Origin: Promethearchaeota archaeon
Lineage (GTDB): Archaea > Asgardarchaeota > Lokiarchaeia > Sigyniarchaeales > SOKP01
Assembly: GCA_016839555.1 (NCBI GenBank)
Contig: JAEOUA010000003.1
Location: 384,001-448,000, forward strand
Direction: 5' to 3'
Length of the DNA stretch: 64,000 bases
Position numbers and translations under genes: made by a program. Under the pieces are notes generated by a model. The model did no database searches, was not told where the DNA came from, and worked only from the letters and a program-made list of their open reading frames with translations. Positions 50,106 to 61,071 of this stretch are shown here, piece by piece; position 1 is the stretch's first letter; each line of letters begins with the position of its first letter.

Positions 50106-51227
50106 CTATGAATATATATAGTCTTTCACTGCGTGTTCTTTATCTAACATTTCTGTAAGTGCACTATTGAAATGTCTTTGAGTAATTTCTTTTGCCTTTT
50201 CTCTTAAAGCCTTTATTCCTGCTTCTGTCACTAAAGCTTTTATCTGAGCGCCACTAAACTCTTCAGTTTTTCTTGCAAGTTCCTTAAAATTAACATTGTT
50301 TAAAGTCATTTTTCTTGAATGAATTTTTAGAATCATTTCACGAGCTTCTTCTTCCGGTAAGGAAAATCGAATAATACGGTCGAACCTTCCGGGGCGAAGT
50401 ATAGCAGGATCGAGCACATCTTCTCTATTTGTAGCAGCCATAAATATTATATCGTCATATTTTGCAAAACCATCTAATTCTGAAAGTAATTGCATAAAAG
50501 TTCTTTGGACTTCGCGATCACCTTTATAGACTTCACTTGTTCTTTTTATTGCGATAGCATCGATTTCATCAATAAAAATAATAGCGGGAGTGTTCTCTTG
50601 TGCTAATGTAAATACTTCTCTCACCATTCTTGAACCCTCTCCAATAAATTTTTGGACTAAATCAGAACCTACTAAATGAATGAAGCGTGCTTTGGTAGAA
50701 TTTGCAATGGCTTTGGCTAATAATGTTTTTCCAGTGCCGGGAGGGCCAGAAAGTAGCGCTCCACTTGGGGGCTCGATTCCGAGATCCCTAAATAATTGTG
50801 GATGAAGCAAAGGTAATTCTACAACCTCCCGTATTGCTTGAATTTGCGCATCTAACCCGCCAATATCTTGAAAAGTGACATCTGGGGTTTCTATAAGTTC
50901 CATCCCCGCAACATGACCTCGAATCTTTCGATGTAAAATTTCCAGTATCTGTAAATTATTTGGATGAAGAGTTACTTGATCTCCTGCTTGAGGATTTAAT
51001 GCTTTATTTGGAGGAAGAACAATTCTATTACCCGGAGCATGTGAGACTATAACTCTTCCATCCTCCAAGACTCTTTCTACTGAGCCGATTCTTAAAGGCT
51101 TCTCCTTCATATTATTAATAATTTCCTTAAAGGAACTTAACTCTCTGCGAAGTTGCTGATTTTCTTTGATTAAATTGCTCATTTTTTTTTTTAAATCTTT
51201 TACGTCCGACTCAGTCATCCTATTCAT
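50106..51227 (-). CDS. pan: proteasome-activating nucleotidase (AAA+)
   Basis: N coiled coil and OB domain, DIGGL, GPPGTGKT, KFIGEG, IDEID, RPGRFD, C-terminal HbYX (IYS). Confidence 0.9.
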   Translation of the reverse strand: MNRMTESDVKDLKKKMSNLIKENQQLRRELSSFKEIINNMKEKPLRIGSVERVLEDGRVIVSHAPGNRIVLPPNKALNPQAGDQVTLHPNNLQILEILHRKIRGHVAGMELIETPDVTFQDIGGLDAQIQAIREVVELPLLHPQLFRDLGIEPPSGALLSGPPGTGKTLLAKAIANSTKARFIHLVGSDLVQKFIGEGSRMVREVFTLAQENTPAIIFIDEIDAIAIKRTSEVYKGDREVQRTFMQLLSELDGFAKYDDIIFMAATNREDVLDPAILRPGRFDRIIRFSLPEEEAREMILKIHSRKMTLNNVNFKELARKTEEFSGAQIKALVTEAGIKALREKAKEITQRHFNSALTEMLDKEHAVKDYIYS

Positions 51228-51577
51228 AAAAGTAATATAAATTATGCCAAAAATATTTAATTGTTTTTATTTTTCATTTAGAATTTTCCCCTTATATGAA
51301 AATTCCTATAAGATGCCCTTTAAAATAAGTTTGGAATTACATAATATCTACTATTTTCAACAAACCAAATATATCCTAATTTTTTTTCCCCTTTTTTCTC
51401 ACAGCATTCGAAAATAACTCAATTTTTTAATAAATTAAAATTATTGATTAAGAATATTTAATGGAATTGTTTAAATAAAACCATATATTTAAATTTTAAA
51501 AATGTTATTAATAAAACATAATTATTATTAATAATATAACTAGCAATTAATAAACAAAAATATAAAGGCTGAAAAAT

Positions 51578-52723
51578 ATGGCAGAAGATGAATCTTTTCT
51601 TAATGCTAAAGCGTTAGTGGTTGATAATGGTACTGGTATTACGAAGAATGGGTTTGCCGGAGAAGATCAACCCCGATCGGTATTTCCCACTCTCATAGGT
51701 TATCCTAAATACGAGTCCATCATGACTGATGTGGAGCATTATACACGAGAATATTACATCGGCGAAGAAGCAATGCAATTAAAAGGTGTTCTTAAATTAA
51801 TGTTTCCAGTAGAGCATGGTATTATTGAAGACTGGACAGCAATGGAGAAAATCTGGCATTATACCTTTTATACGGACTTAAGAGTGGATCCTTCGGAGCA
51901 TCCATGTCTCCTCACGGAAGCACCCTTAAATCCAAGACCAAACCGCGAGAAGATGGCCGAAATTATGTTTGAGACGTTCAATGTGCCGGCTATGTACGTT
52001 GCGATGCAGGCAGTATTATCATTATATGCATCTGGTCGTACAACTGGCTGTGTTATTGATATTGGCGATGGTGTATCCCACGTAGTCCCAATATTCGAAG
52101 GTTTCGCATTAAGCCATGCAATCCAGCGGGTTGATCTGGCAGGAAGAGACATTACTACCTATTTACAACGATTATTACGACAAAAGGGTTATTCCTTTAC
52201 AACCTCCGCAGAGAAGGAGATTGTACGGGACATCAAGGAAAAACTCTGTTATGTAGCTATCGATCCCGAAAAGGAGATGATGCTTTCCAAGAAAGTAGCT
52301 GGAATGGAAAAGAGCTACATGCTTCCTGATGGTGAGACCATTAATGTAGGTGTTGAGAGATTCTTAGCACCCGAATGTTTCTTTAATCCATCAGTGATTG
52401 GAAAAGAATTAGAACCCTTAGATGATATCATTGTAAATGCAATTTCTGCTTGTGATGTGGATCTAAGACGAGATCTCTACAGTAATATCGTGTTATCTGG
52501 AGGCTCTACCATGTTCCCTGGTATTAAAGAGAGATTAACCAAGGAAATTAAGGAACAAATTCCAGAATCCGTTGACGTAAAAATTATCGCCCCTCCAGAA
52601 AGAATGTATTCTGTCTGGATCGGAGGCTCTATTTTGAGCTCATTAAAGACTTTCCACCGAATGTGGATTACCAGGCGTGAATATAAAGAAATGGGACCAC
52701 AAGTTATTCACAGATGCTTCTAA
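51578..52723 (+). CDS. Asgard actin (Lokiactin)
   Basis: [67 protein letters not shown]-terminal HRCF. Confidence 0.97.
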   Translation: MAEDESFLNAKALVVDNGTGITKNGFAGEDQPRSVFPTLIGYPKYESIMTDVEHYTREYYIGEEAMQLKGVLKLMFPVEHGIIEDWTAMEKIWHYTFYTDLRVDPSEHPCLLTEAPLNPRPNREKMAEIMFETFNVPAMYVAMQAVLSLYASGRTTGCVIDIGDGVSHVVPIFEGFALSHAIQRVDLAGRDITTYLQRLLRQKGYSFTTSAEKEIVRDIKEKLCYVAIDPEKEMMLSKKVAGMEKSYMLPDGETINVGVERFLAPECFFNPSVIGKELEPLDDIIVNAISACDVDLRRDLYSNIVLSGGSTMFPGIKERLTKEIKEQIPESVDVKIIAPPERMYSVWIGGSILSSLKTFHRMWITRREYKEMGPQVIHRCF

Positions 52724-52727
52724 GCGA

Positions 52728-52790
52728 CGAATTGACATAAATTAATATTTTCATTCGATTTTTTTATTTTTCTTTTTATTCTATTTTTTC
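52728..52790 (+). terminator. putative actin terminator (weak hairpin plus T-tracts)
   Basis: cgaattga...tcattcg followed by multiple T-runs just after the stop. Confidence 0.45.
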
Positions 52791-52827
52791 TGAATTTTAA
52801 ATCAGATAGATATTTTTTGAGTTTTGG

Positions 52828-53628
52828 TTAATTATTCTTATCCTTTCTACTTAAACTTTTTATTCCGAAATAGTATAAAATAGGGACGATGACAAGAATA
52901 TTTAATGCAAAAAATGTCCATCTTCCTAATCCACTTACCCAATATGGAAAAACAGCTCCAGCCATATTCCCAGAAAGATGAAATAACATAGCAATTAAAA
53001 CGCTCCCTCCGGTATTATTATGTAGCCATGTATAGAATATTGATGAAAGCGTTATTATTACAATATGTTGGTATATTGGAATAACTTCTTGAGTAGTGCC
53101 GCTTATAAAATGCAAAGGTAAATGCCAGAGGGCCCAAATTAGGCCAAGTATTATACTAGAAATTAGAGCATTCCATTTATTTTGTAATCTATCTAAAGCG
53201 TACCCTCGCCAGCCATATTCTTCTGCTAATGGGCCGCCAGTTACAAAAATAATTGCCATAACAGGAAAAAACATTTGCCAGTTAAGTCCGTATTCTAAAA
53301 TCCAATTTCCTTCAAATAATAGTACTATTACAAGAGCAATGAAAGATAAAAAGGGACTTAAAAGCAAGGTGGGAATTAACCATTTCTTCTGAAAATTAAT
53401 ATCTATTCCTCTCTTTAAGAGTTTTATAAATCCTTCCTTTCCATAATTTTTTAACGTTAAAGAAAAAGCTGAAATAAAAGGACCAAATATGGCAAAATTT
53501 CCAAAAAATAATAAAAAACCAGGAATATTAAATCCAAAATAATTTAAAACTTGAGGAAGCCATAGAAGCCAAGACCATAAAAATGCAATTACAAAAAACT
53601 GAATTAAATAGTTCTTTTTATTTTCCAT
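52828..53628 (-). CDS. CPBP family (CAAX/Abi, Rce1-like) intramembrane protease
   Basis: EEYGWRG, WALWH, AMLFH...N. Confidence 0.93.
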   Translation of the reverse strand: MENKKNYLIQFFVIAFLWSWLLWLPQVLNYFGFNIPGFLLFFGNFAIFGPFISAFSLTLKNYGKEGFIKLLKRGIDINFQKKWLIPTLLLSPFLSFIALVIVLLFEGNWILEYGLNWQMFFPVMAIIFVTGGPLAEEYGWRGYALDRLQNKWNALISSIILGLIWALWHLPLHFISGTTQEVIPIYQHIVIITLSSIFYTWLHNNTGGSVLIAMLFHLSGNMAGAVFPYWVSGLGRWTFFALNILVIVPILYYFGIKSLSRKDKNN

Positions 53629-53738
53629 TTTAATCGAATAAAAGTTGTGTTTAAATTTAATTAATTATAGTGAATTTTTAATTTAAGATTTGTTTAATAA
53701 GTACAAACTTGCATTAGATATATTTATTTTTATCAATA

Positions 53739-54998
53739 TTATATTAGTAATTGAATACTAGTTGGAAATAACGCAACTCTTGGAGTTTCAGGGAGCTTTT
53801 GCCTAATCTCACTATTAGCAATTAATTCGGAAAATGATTTACTAAATAGCATATCTTCAGACCAATAATGAGTCACATCAGAGCGAGTCAGATTAGGAGA
53901 ATATAGGGCAAATGTCTTATCTTCACAAAATTCCATGAAAATTTCTTCGGTCTCCTTCCATTGTTCATATAATTGTGCCCCAGATTCACCGAGTAAGGAA
54001 TGGTACCCTCTACCTTCTGGAGAGGCGGTTGAAAAGATAACGACCGCTTCTTCCTTCAGAGTACTTTCAGCTTGCATAAAGATATTAGTTCCTTTACTGC
54101 TTTGAGAAAGTTCAGTATCTTCTGGAAATAAATTAAAAATCCCCATATCAAACTTATTTGCTTCGTCTTTTAATTTTGGGATTTCCGTTTGATATACTTT
54201 TTTACCTAATTCAATTGCTTTTCGATGAGCATCAATAAAATGTCCGGTAAAAATTCCCGCAATTTCACGATTCTCTTTTGCAATAATATTAATGCTAAAA
54301 TCTAATCCTACTCTCTGACATACTTCTTCAATATCCTTTCGTAAATCTGTTATAAATCCCACACCAACGCCCTTCCCTTCAAGAGCAGCTTTATGATTAG
54401 CAGCAAGCGTTTCAATTCCACAAATGCCGGGTAATATAATTTTGGCACCGCCTCCAAATCCTGCCAATGGATGAGGGATTACAGTACTGATTGCTATCTT
54501 AATATCTGCTTCATAGTATGTTTTATTAAGGGATATAGGGGTCCCTCGATTAGATTCCCCTAATTCTACCAAATTTTCATATGGATGATGATTTTCAATA
54601 TTAAATTTATCAACCATGCTCTTTCCTATTTTTTTAATAAAATCTAACCTATTCATTGGTCTATGGGAACCAATTGCGGCGATCAGAGTAATATTTTCAT
54701 CCTTAATTCCTGCAGAATTTAATTCTTTAACTAGTATCTCACAAATCGGCTCACATTTAGTAGGACGAGAAATATCTTCAAATACGATCACAGCGTTTTT
54801 TTTACCTTCTGCGATTTCTTGGATTGTTGGAGAGCCGATGGGATTTTTTATTGCATTTATAATATTTTCTCTAGTTATAATTTTATCTGATCCATTCATA
54901 TTAAATATTTCAATGTCCCATGAATCTGGAAACTCTAATTTATGAATTTCTTCTTCCTGATACCACGCAGCCCAAGGAATTTGTACAGATTTAACCAT
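53739..54998 (-). CDS. LarA (lactate racemase) superfamily nickel-pincer enzyme
   Basis: D.SRPT, GSHRP, PHP.AGFGGGAK.ILPG, NH. Confidence 0.85.
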   Translation of the reverse strand: MVKSVQIPWAAWYQEEEIHKLEFPDSWDIEIFNMNGSDKIITRENIINAIKNPIGSPTIQEIAEGKKNAVIVFEDISRPTKCEPICEILVKELNSAGIKDENITLIAAIGSHRPMNRLDFIKKIGKSMVDKFNIENHHPYENLVELGESNRGTPISLNKTYYEADIKIAISTVIPHPLAGFGGGAKIILPGICGIETLAANHKAALEGKGVGVGFITDLRKDIEEVCQRVGLDFSINIIAKENREIAGIFTGHFIDAHRKAIELGKKVYQTEIPKLKDEANKFDMGIFNLFPEDTELSQSSKGTNIFMQAESTLKEEAVVIFSTASPEGRGYHSLLGESGAQLYEQWKETEEIFMEFCEDKTFALYSPNLTRSDVTHYWSEDMLFSKSFSELIANSEIRQKLPETPRVALFPTSIQLLI

Positions 54999-55198
54999 TT
55001 AGAATCAATTTTAAATTTCAAATTTAAATTTATTATAAAGTGAAGAATTTATTAATATTTTGTTTTTTCTTCGTTAAATACCTTTATATGGAATTAATAC
55101 AATCTAACGAAGGAAATTTATGAATTTATAGAAAATAATTTTGATTTTTTAATTTTTAGATAAAGTAATAAATATGTGATTATATAATTATATTCTAT

Positions 55199-56704
55199 AT
55201 GTCTGAAAGACCTAATATAATTTTTTTATTAAATGACCATCAAACATATTATGGACATGAAGGAAGAGAGTCTGGTCCCAAAATTCAGCGTCCTAATTTT
55301 CATAAATTAGCTAAAAAAGGAGTGAATTTCACACAAGCTTATACTGCTTGTCCTTTATGTGGTCCAACAAGAAGAACTTTTCTTAGCGGGCTGTATCCCC
55401 ATAATCATCTTGAATTATTAAATGAAGTAAACCATCCTTTTGATAAGCCAACCTATTTAGAACAGCTAAACGAAGCGGGATACCGATGTTATTATTTTGG
55501 AAAATGGCATGCAGGTCCGGGAACTCCAATTACTAAATTTAATTGCGAAGGATTTTCATTACCAGAATATGGCAATCCCTATACCACTATAGAATATAAA
55601 AACTATGTGAAAGAATTGGGTCTCTCAGCTTTTCAAGTCAGAATAGTTCATAGTTTTTTAGATCCACAATGGCCCAAAACTAAAGAATTGGGAATAATAG
55701 AAGGAGAAGTTCATCAACCACCCGATCCTAAGTTATTAAGCGAGCATGCCACGGGAATAATGACCAGTCCAAAAGAAACTCATGAAGCCTTTTTTTTAGC
55801 AACTCTTGCATGTAAAAAGTTGGAAGAATTGGCAGAAAAGGAACAATATGAGCCGTTTCATTTAAGAGTTGATTTTTGGGGACCTCATCAGCCATATTAT
55901 GTTCCTCAAGAATATCGGGATTTATATAATACTGAAGAGATTTCAGAATATCCTAATTTTAATGATGATTTAGAAGACAAACCAGAAATATATAGATTTG
56001 ATTTAAATTATCCGATCAGCAAAAATGGAAAATTAATATATCCTAATCCTTTACCATGGTCCACATGGAGAGAGGTTTTGGCATTTCATTATGCACATAT
56101 CAGTTTAGTTGATGATGCTGGAGGATTGATATTAAATAAAGTAAAAGAACTTGGTCTGGAAAACAATACCATGATTATCTGGACAACCGATCATGGAGAT
56201 GCTGTTGCTTGTCCCGGCGGTCATTTCGATAAGGATTGCTATATGCCGCAAGAAATGATTCGAGTGCCATTAACGATTTCTTTTCCCGAAATAATTGCTG
56301 CTAATCAAAAAAATGACTGCCTTGTGAGTAGTATTGATATAGCACCAACCATTTTGGATGCTGCGGGACTTTCTTTTGATAATCCTATTGATGGAACCAG
56401 TTTGCTCCCGTTATTGAAAAAAGAAGAGACTGAATGGCGAGAGGATTTAATGATTGAAACGCATGGACACTTCCATCTTCATTTAGGTCGTTCGATCGTA
56501 ACATATAAATACAAATATACGTATAATGAAGGATATAAGGATGAATTTTATGATATAATCAAGGATCCATATGAATTGAATAATCTTATAGATGATGAGA
56601 AATATTTTAAAGAAATAGTGAATATGAAGAACCGTCTTGAAAATTGGAGAGAAAAGACTGGAGATACTATGACTAAGAGAATGATACGGAAAAAGACAAG
56701 ATAA
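55199..56704 (+). CDS. formylglycine-dependent sulfatase (cytoplasmic)
   Basis: RPNI, CGPTR (CxPxR), GKWH, PH.P, TDHG, DPYEL.NL. Confidence 0.93.
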   Translation: MSERPNIIFLLNDHQTYYGHEGRESGPKIQRPNFHKLAKKGVNFTQAYTACPLCGPTRRTFLSGLYPHNHLELLNEVNHPFDKPTYLEQLNEAGYRCYYFGKWHAGPGTPITKFNCEGFSLPEYGNPYTTIEYKNYVKELGLSAFQVRIVHSFLDPQWPKTKELGIIEGEVHQPPDPKLLSEHATGIMTSPKETHEAFFLATLACKKLEELAEKEQYEPFHLRVDFWGPHQPYYVPQEYRDLYNTEEISEYPNFNDDLEDKPEIYRFDLNYPISKNGKLIYPNPLPWSTWREVLAFHYAHISLVDDAGGLILNKVKELGLENNTMIIWTTDHGDAVACPGGHFDKDCYMPQEMIRVPLTISFPEIIAANQKNDCLVSSIDIAPTILDAAGLSFDNPIDGTSLLPLLKKEETEWREDLMIETHGHFHLHLGRSIVTYKYKYTYNEGYKDEFYDIIKDPYELNNLIDDEKYFKEIVNMKNRLENWREKTGDTMTKRMIRKKTR

Positions 56705-56802
56705 AGATTGTTTGAAATATTATTTTCTAACTTTTTATTTTCTAATGAAAAATAGATTTAGAAAAATCAAAGAAGGAAAAGATAATTTTATTCTATCTTT
56801 AA

Positions 56803-57267
56803 TTAATCAACATCAACTGCAATCCCACATTTATTACATCTTTTAGCGCCGCGAAATAAAGAATTTCCACACTCGGGACAATGATAACGCTTCTCTTCTT
56901 CTTCAACAAATTTTTGATCTCCAAATTTTCTCCATGTGGGGATCGTTCTATATATCACTTTTTTAGCAACTTGAATGGGAAAATTCTCAATAAATTTGCA
57001 TGGCCACTCATCGCATTGATGGCACCCCTCAATACCTTTTTGATTGACACATTCTTTAATGGGACATTTTCTACAAACGGGGAATACAACACCATCTGAT
57101 AAGCAGCCAGTACATGCAATATCGTCCACAGTTTTAGCAAATGCTTTATATACAGGTAATAAGGCCTTTTTAAATTTCAAATTATTATCTCTATGCGCGA
57201 TATAGATGGCACATACTCCACAATAGAGTCCACATGGAGCCATTAATTCTTTTTTCACTTTATTCAT
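56803..57267 (-). CDS. DUF3795 Cys-rich protein
   Basis: APCGLYCGVC, CTGC, C..CD..PC, CPECG...C..C. Confidence 0.85.
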   Translation of the reverse strand: MNKVKKELMAPCGLYCGVCAIYIAHRDNNLKFKKALLPVYKAFAKTVDDIACTGCLSDGVVFPVCRKCPIKECVNQKGIEGCHQCDEWPCKFIENFPIQVAKKVIYRTIPTWRKFGDQKFVEEEEKRYHCPECGNSLFRGAKRCNKCGIAVDVD

Positions 57268-57345
57268 TCTTAAATATCACATTTTTTGGTAATTTTTATA
57301 AAGAATTTTAAGTATATAAAAGTATAATAAGAATTTTTTCAATTT

Positions 57346-58329
57346 TTAATACTTAAATCTGAATTGATTATTTTTAAAAACTATATTAGGTATTTCTTCT
57401 ATAATTTCCATATCTAAATCTTTTCCTGATAGTTTTAAAGGATTTTCATAGCCAACTTTCATTAATCCCTCTAACTCAAGTTCTCCAATAGAAGCTAAAT
57501 GATTCATGCAATCCATAAATGTTGAAGTCGAGCCAGCTAATTGAGTAGCTCCCTTTCTATGTAAGTATCCAGAAGATTCTAAAACCACTTTAGTATCTTT
57601 AAAAACATAATTTCCGGGACGCATTCCCGCTAAGTGTACCACATCACTCGTCACGATAAACCTTGAAACTCCCTTTGCTCGAATACATATTTTTATCATA
57701 TCATCGGGAAAATGGAACCCATCGGTTATAAAAAAGCCAAATAGGCGATCTTCTGCTAAAATAGGCCATAAGGGATTATTAAATCTGTGAATTGTTTTAC
57801 TTAATCCATTTCCAACATGAGTAGCCGCTTTAGCCCCTAGATCTACAGCTTTTTTAATTGTTTCTCTATTAGCATTGTGATGCCCTAATGAAATAACGGT
57901 ATTTGCGTGGCTAACGACGTAATCAATTAACTTCAGTGCTCCTGGTCGATCAGGAGCAAGAGTTAAAATAGAAATATTATCATTAGACCATTTTTGAAAC
58001 CTTTTAAAAATTTTTATAGAAGGCGGGATAATATTTTTTTTTGGGTGGATACCCCGAAATCCATTCTCTGGATTTAAAAAAGGTCCTTCTATATGAATGC
58101 CTAAAATCTTCGCTCCTTTTTCTGAACTCATCGCCTTAGAAATAATGGGCAAATTATGTTTATAAATATCTAAGGAGGAGGAAATAATAGTTGGACAATA
58201 CCCTACCGTGCCTTGTTTAAGTAATTCAATACTAACTTGAATGATATCATCAACGGTTAAATTTTTTCCAGAGAAGTCAATTCCCTTAAAACCATTTATT
58301 TGGAGATCTATAAATCCGGGGATACTCAT
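57346..58329 (-). CDS. nagA: N-acetylglucosamine-6-phosphate deacetylase-like amidohydrolase
   Basis: PGFIDLQING, HIEGPF, TLAP, GH, TH.GNG, DGFH, SD, LAGS. Confidence 0.85.
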   Translation of the reverse strand: MSIPGFIDLQINGFKGIDFSGKNLTVDDIIQVSIELLKQGTVGYCPTIISSSLDIYKHNLPIISKAMSSEKGAKILGIHIEGPFLNPENGFRGIHPKKNIIPPSIKIFKRFQKWSNDNISILTLAPDRPGALKLIDYVVSHANTVISLGHHNANRETIKKAVDLGAKAATHVGNGLSKTIHRFNNPLWPILAEDRLFGFFITDGFHFPDDMIKICIRAKGVSRFIVTSDVVHLAGMRPGNYVFKDTKVVLESSGYLHRKGATQLAGSTSTFMDCMNHLASIGELELEGLMKVGYENPLKLSGKDLDMEIIEEIPNIVFKNNQFRFKY

Positions 58330-58421
58330 AATTTTAAGTAAATTTATAACTATAGAATTAAATTATTTATAATTATTTTAATTTGTATTACATCGAATAT
58401 AAGGAAAACAGTGAAGAAATT

Positions 58422-59219
58422 ATGAATGAATATAAATATTGGAAAGTAAAACTAGAAAACCAGATCTTTTGGGTTTTATTAGATAGATCCGAAAAGAAAA
58501 ATGCCTTTAGTGATAAGGTGGGTAATGAATTATATCAGATCTTAGAAGAAGAGGTGGAAGGAAATTTAGATAAGATATGAGTGGTCGTATATGGAACAAC
58601 CCAAGATAATACGTTCTGTTCAGGTGCGGATTTTGCTTGGTTTAATAAATTGAATGAAGCAAAAGGGAGACAAGCATCAATAAATTCTCAATTAGTATTT
58701 GAGAAGTTTGAAAATTTTCCCGTACCTGTTATTGTGGCAGTAAAGGGTTTAAATTTAACTGCGGGATTTGAATTAATGATGTGTGCAGATATTATTATTG
58801 CTGCAGATAATGCAAAGTTTGGGCAAATCGAAACAAAGTATGGACTAACACCTTGTGGTGGAGGTGCTCATAGATTGATCAGGATTGTAGGTCCTCTAAA
58901 GGCAAAAGAATTAATATACACTTCACGAATATTTGACGCTCAAGAAGCAAAAGAAATGGGGCTGGTAAATTATATTGTACCCCTTAATAAATTAGAGGAG
59001 AAAGTAAAAGAAATTTCAAATATGATTATCAAAAATTCAGGAAGAGCTATTAAATTAGCCAAAAGATTGATTCAGATGGGTATTTATGTAAATCAGAATG
59101 GCTTTCGAGCTGAAGGAGATGCTTTTGCTGATTATTTTGCTTCTGGTGAACCTTTCAAAATCTTCCTGGAGTTCTTTAAAAGAATTAGAGATAAAAAAAA
59201 AATAATAATTGTAATTTAA
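58422..59219 (+). pseudogene. enoyl-CoA hydratase/isomerase interrupted by in-frame TGA at 58578-58580
   Basis: the two ORF-track pieces share a frame (...NLDKI*VVVYG...FCSGAD); KKNA motif lies upstream of the TGA, and catalytic AGFE and E..YG lie downstream. Confidence 0.8.
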
Positions 59220-59398
59220 AAGAATTTATTTTTTAATATATATTCAATTGATTTATAAACCAGTAAATTCTGAGAAAATCAAAATTTATTCGAAAAATAT
59301 ATAATAGTTTATTATAATATATGCTATAGAATGAATTTGTATAATCTTAATAAAATTTCAAAATGGCAAAAAGAAATACTTAAAAGATAAAAAAAACA

Positions 59399-60910
59399 AT
59401 GAATAATGTGGAATATAATAGTGAAAAAATAAGAGAGAAGTATAAGAATTTATTTAAATATTCATTAGATTATATTTTTGTTCATGATATGCAAGGAAAT
59501 TTTGTTGATGCCAATAAGATTGCGTTAGATGGTTTTGGCTATACTAGAGACGAATTAAGCAACTTAAATTTTAATAATATCTTGGCGAATAGAAAAGAAT
59601 TAGCAAAAGCCATAAAAAATATGATAGAAATCAAAGAAAAAGGAAGACATTTTCATAGAACAGAATATAAGTGTAAAACAAAAGAGGGGAAAATAGTATA
59701 TATAGAAACCTATAGTATTCCTTTAAAACAAAATGGTGAGACATATGCGGTTTTAGGCTTTGGAATTCCTATAACTGAGAGGAAATTAGCTCAAAAGAGG
59801 TTGAAAGAGTCAGAAATGCGGTATCGTAATTTATTCGAAGAAAGCCCCTTTAGCATCGTTATCTTAAATTCTAAAGGAATTATTATTGATGCTAATCCGA
59901 CATTAGAGGAATTAATAGGATACAAAAGAGAATTCATTATTGGAAAGCCTTTTTATACCCTTCCTATGATTCATTCAGAGGATCTTTCAATGGTTCAAGA
60001 ACGTTTTAAGGATTTATTAAATGGACGGGAAGTACATAGGACTGAGTTAGAATTAAAGAGGAAAGATGGAAGTTTAATATGGACACAGCTCCAAGGTTCA
60101 TTATTAAAATTTAAAAATGAAACCCATGTTCAAATTTTAATGAATGATATATCTCAACGAAAGGCGGCTGAATCCCTTATTAACAAACAATTAAAAAAGC
60201 TAAGGGAGCTTGATCAAATTAGAAAAGATTTAATGATTCGTGTCTCACATGAATTAAAAACTCCTTTAACATTAATTCATACAGGGGTTGAATATCTTAT
60301 AGAATCAGACAGAGTAAAAATGAATGAAAATGATAAAGAAATCATTAGCATGATCGAAAGAGCTAGTAGTAGGTTAGAAAAATTGATTGAAAATCTGATC
60401 GATGCTACTAAAATTGATTATAAAAAGCTTAGATTGAATAAACAAAAAGTGGATCTCGTAAGCTTAATAGAAGAAGCTATTGAAGATCTGAATTATTTAA
60501 TTAAGAAACAAAATTTAGATTTAATTACTCGCTTTCCAAATGAATTAATTACACATCTTGACGAATTAAGAATTATACAAGTAATTACAAATTTATTATT
60601 AAATGCTATAAAAAACACTCTTCCTAACGGAACCATTGAACTTTCCTTGGAAAAAAAAGAGGATTATATCGATTTTTCAGTAAGAGATACAGGGATTGGG
60701 TTTACAACAGAAGAAATAAAACAATTATTTATCCCATTTGGAAAAATTGAAAGGAAAGGGGCTGAATTAGAAGGAATCGATATACAAGGGTCTGGTTTAG
60801 GGTTATATATTTCCAAATCAATCGTTCAGTTACATGGAGGAGATATAAAAGTCCTATCAGAAGGACGAAATAAAGGGAGTAAATTTACAGTACGACTTCC
60901 TAACAATTAA
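59399..60910 (+). CDS. PAS-PAS-HisKA-HATPase sensor histidine kinase
   Basis: two PAS domains, SHELKTPL, NLLLNAIK, DTGIG, GSGLGL. Confidence 0.93.
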   Translation: MNNVEYNSEKIREKYKNLFKYSLDYIFVHDMQGNFVDANKIALDGFGYTRDELSNLNFNNILANRKELAKAIKNMIEIKEKGRHFHRTEYKCKTKEGKIVYIETYSIPLKQNGETYAVLGFGIPITERKLAQKRLKESEMRYRNLFEESPFSIVILNSKGIIIDANPTLEELIGYKREFIIGKPFYTLPMIHSEDLSMVQERFKDLLNGREVHRTELELKRKDGSLIWTQLQGSLLKFKNETHVQILMNDISQRKAAESLINKQLKKLRELDQIRKDLMIRVSHELKTPLTLIHTGVEYLIESDRVKMNENDKEIISMIERASSRLEKLIENLIDATKIDYKKLRLNKQKVDLVSLIEEAIEDLNYLIKKQNLDLITRFPNELITHLDELRIIQVITNLLLNAIKNTLPNGTIELSLEKKEDYIDFSVRDTGIGFTTEEIKQLFIPFGKIERKGAELEGIDIQGSGLGLYISKSIVQLHGGDIKVLSEGRNKGSKFTVRLPNN

Positions 60911-61071
60911 TACCTAATTCTTTTTCAAAAATATAATAAAAAAAAAAAATTCAGAATAGAATTAAATTTTATCAAAAAATATAAATAATAAGCTAAAACT
61001 CTCTATATATAAAATCTTTTTAAGTTCCTAATAAAATCCATAACTAGTCATAATTATTTTCAATCTTGGAT

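Noticed and set aside
52700-53628. CAAX protease acting on the neighbouring actin
   Set aside because: Actin ends HRCF, which is not a CaaX motif. The genes are convergent and CPBP proteases are common.
58578-58580. Selenocysteine recoding of the TGA in the enoyl-CoA hydratase
   Set aside because: The position corresponds to a usual Arg, not Cys. The downstream 8-bp inverted repeat (59221-59271) has no AUGA/GA SECIS core.
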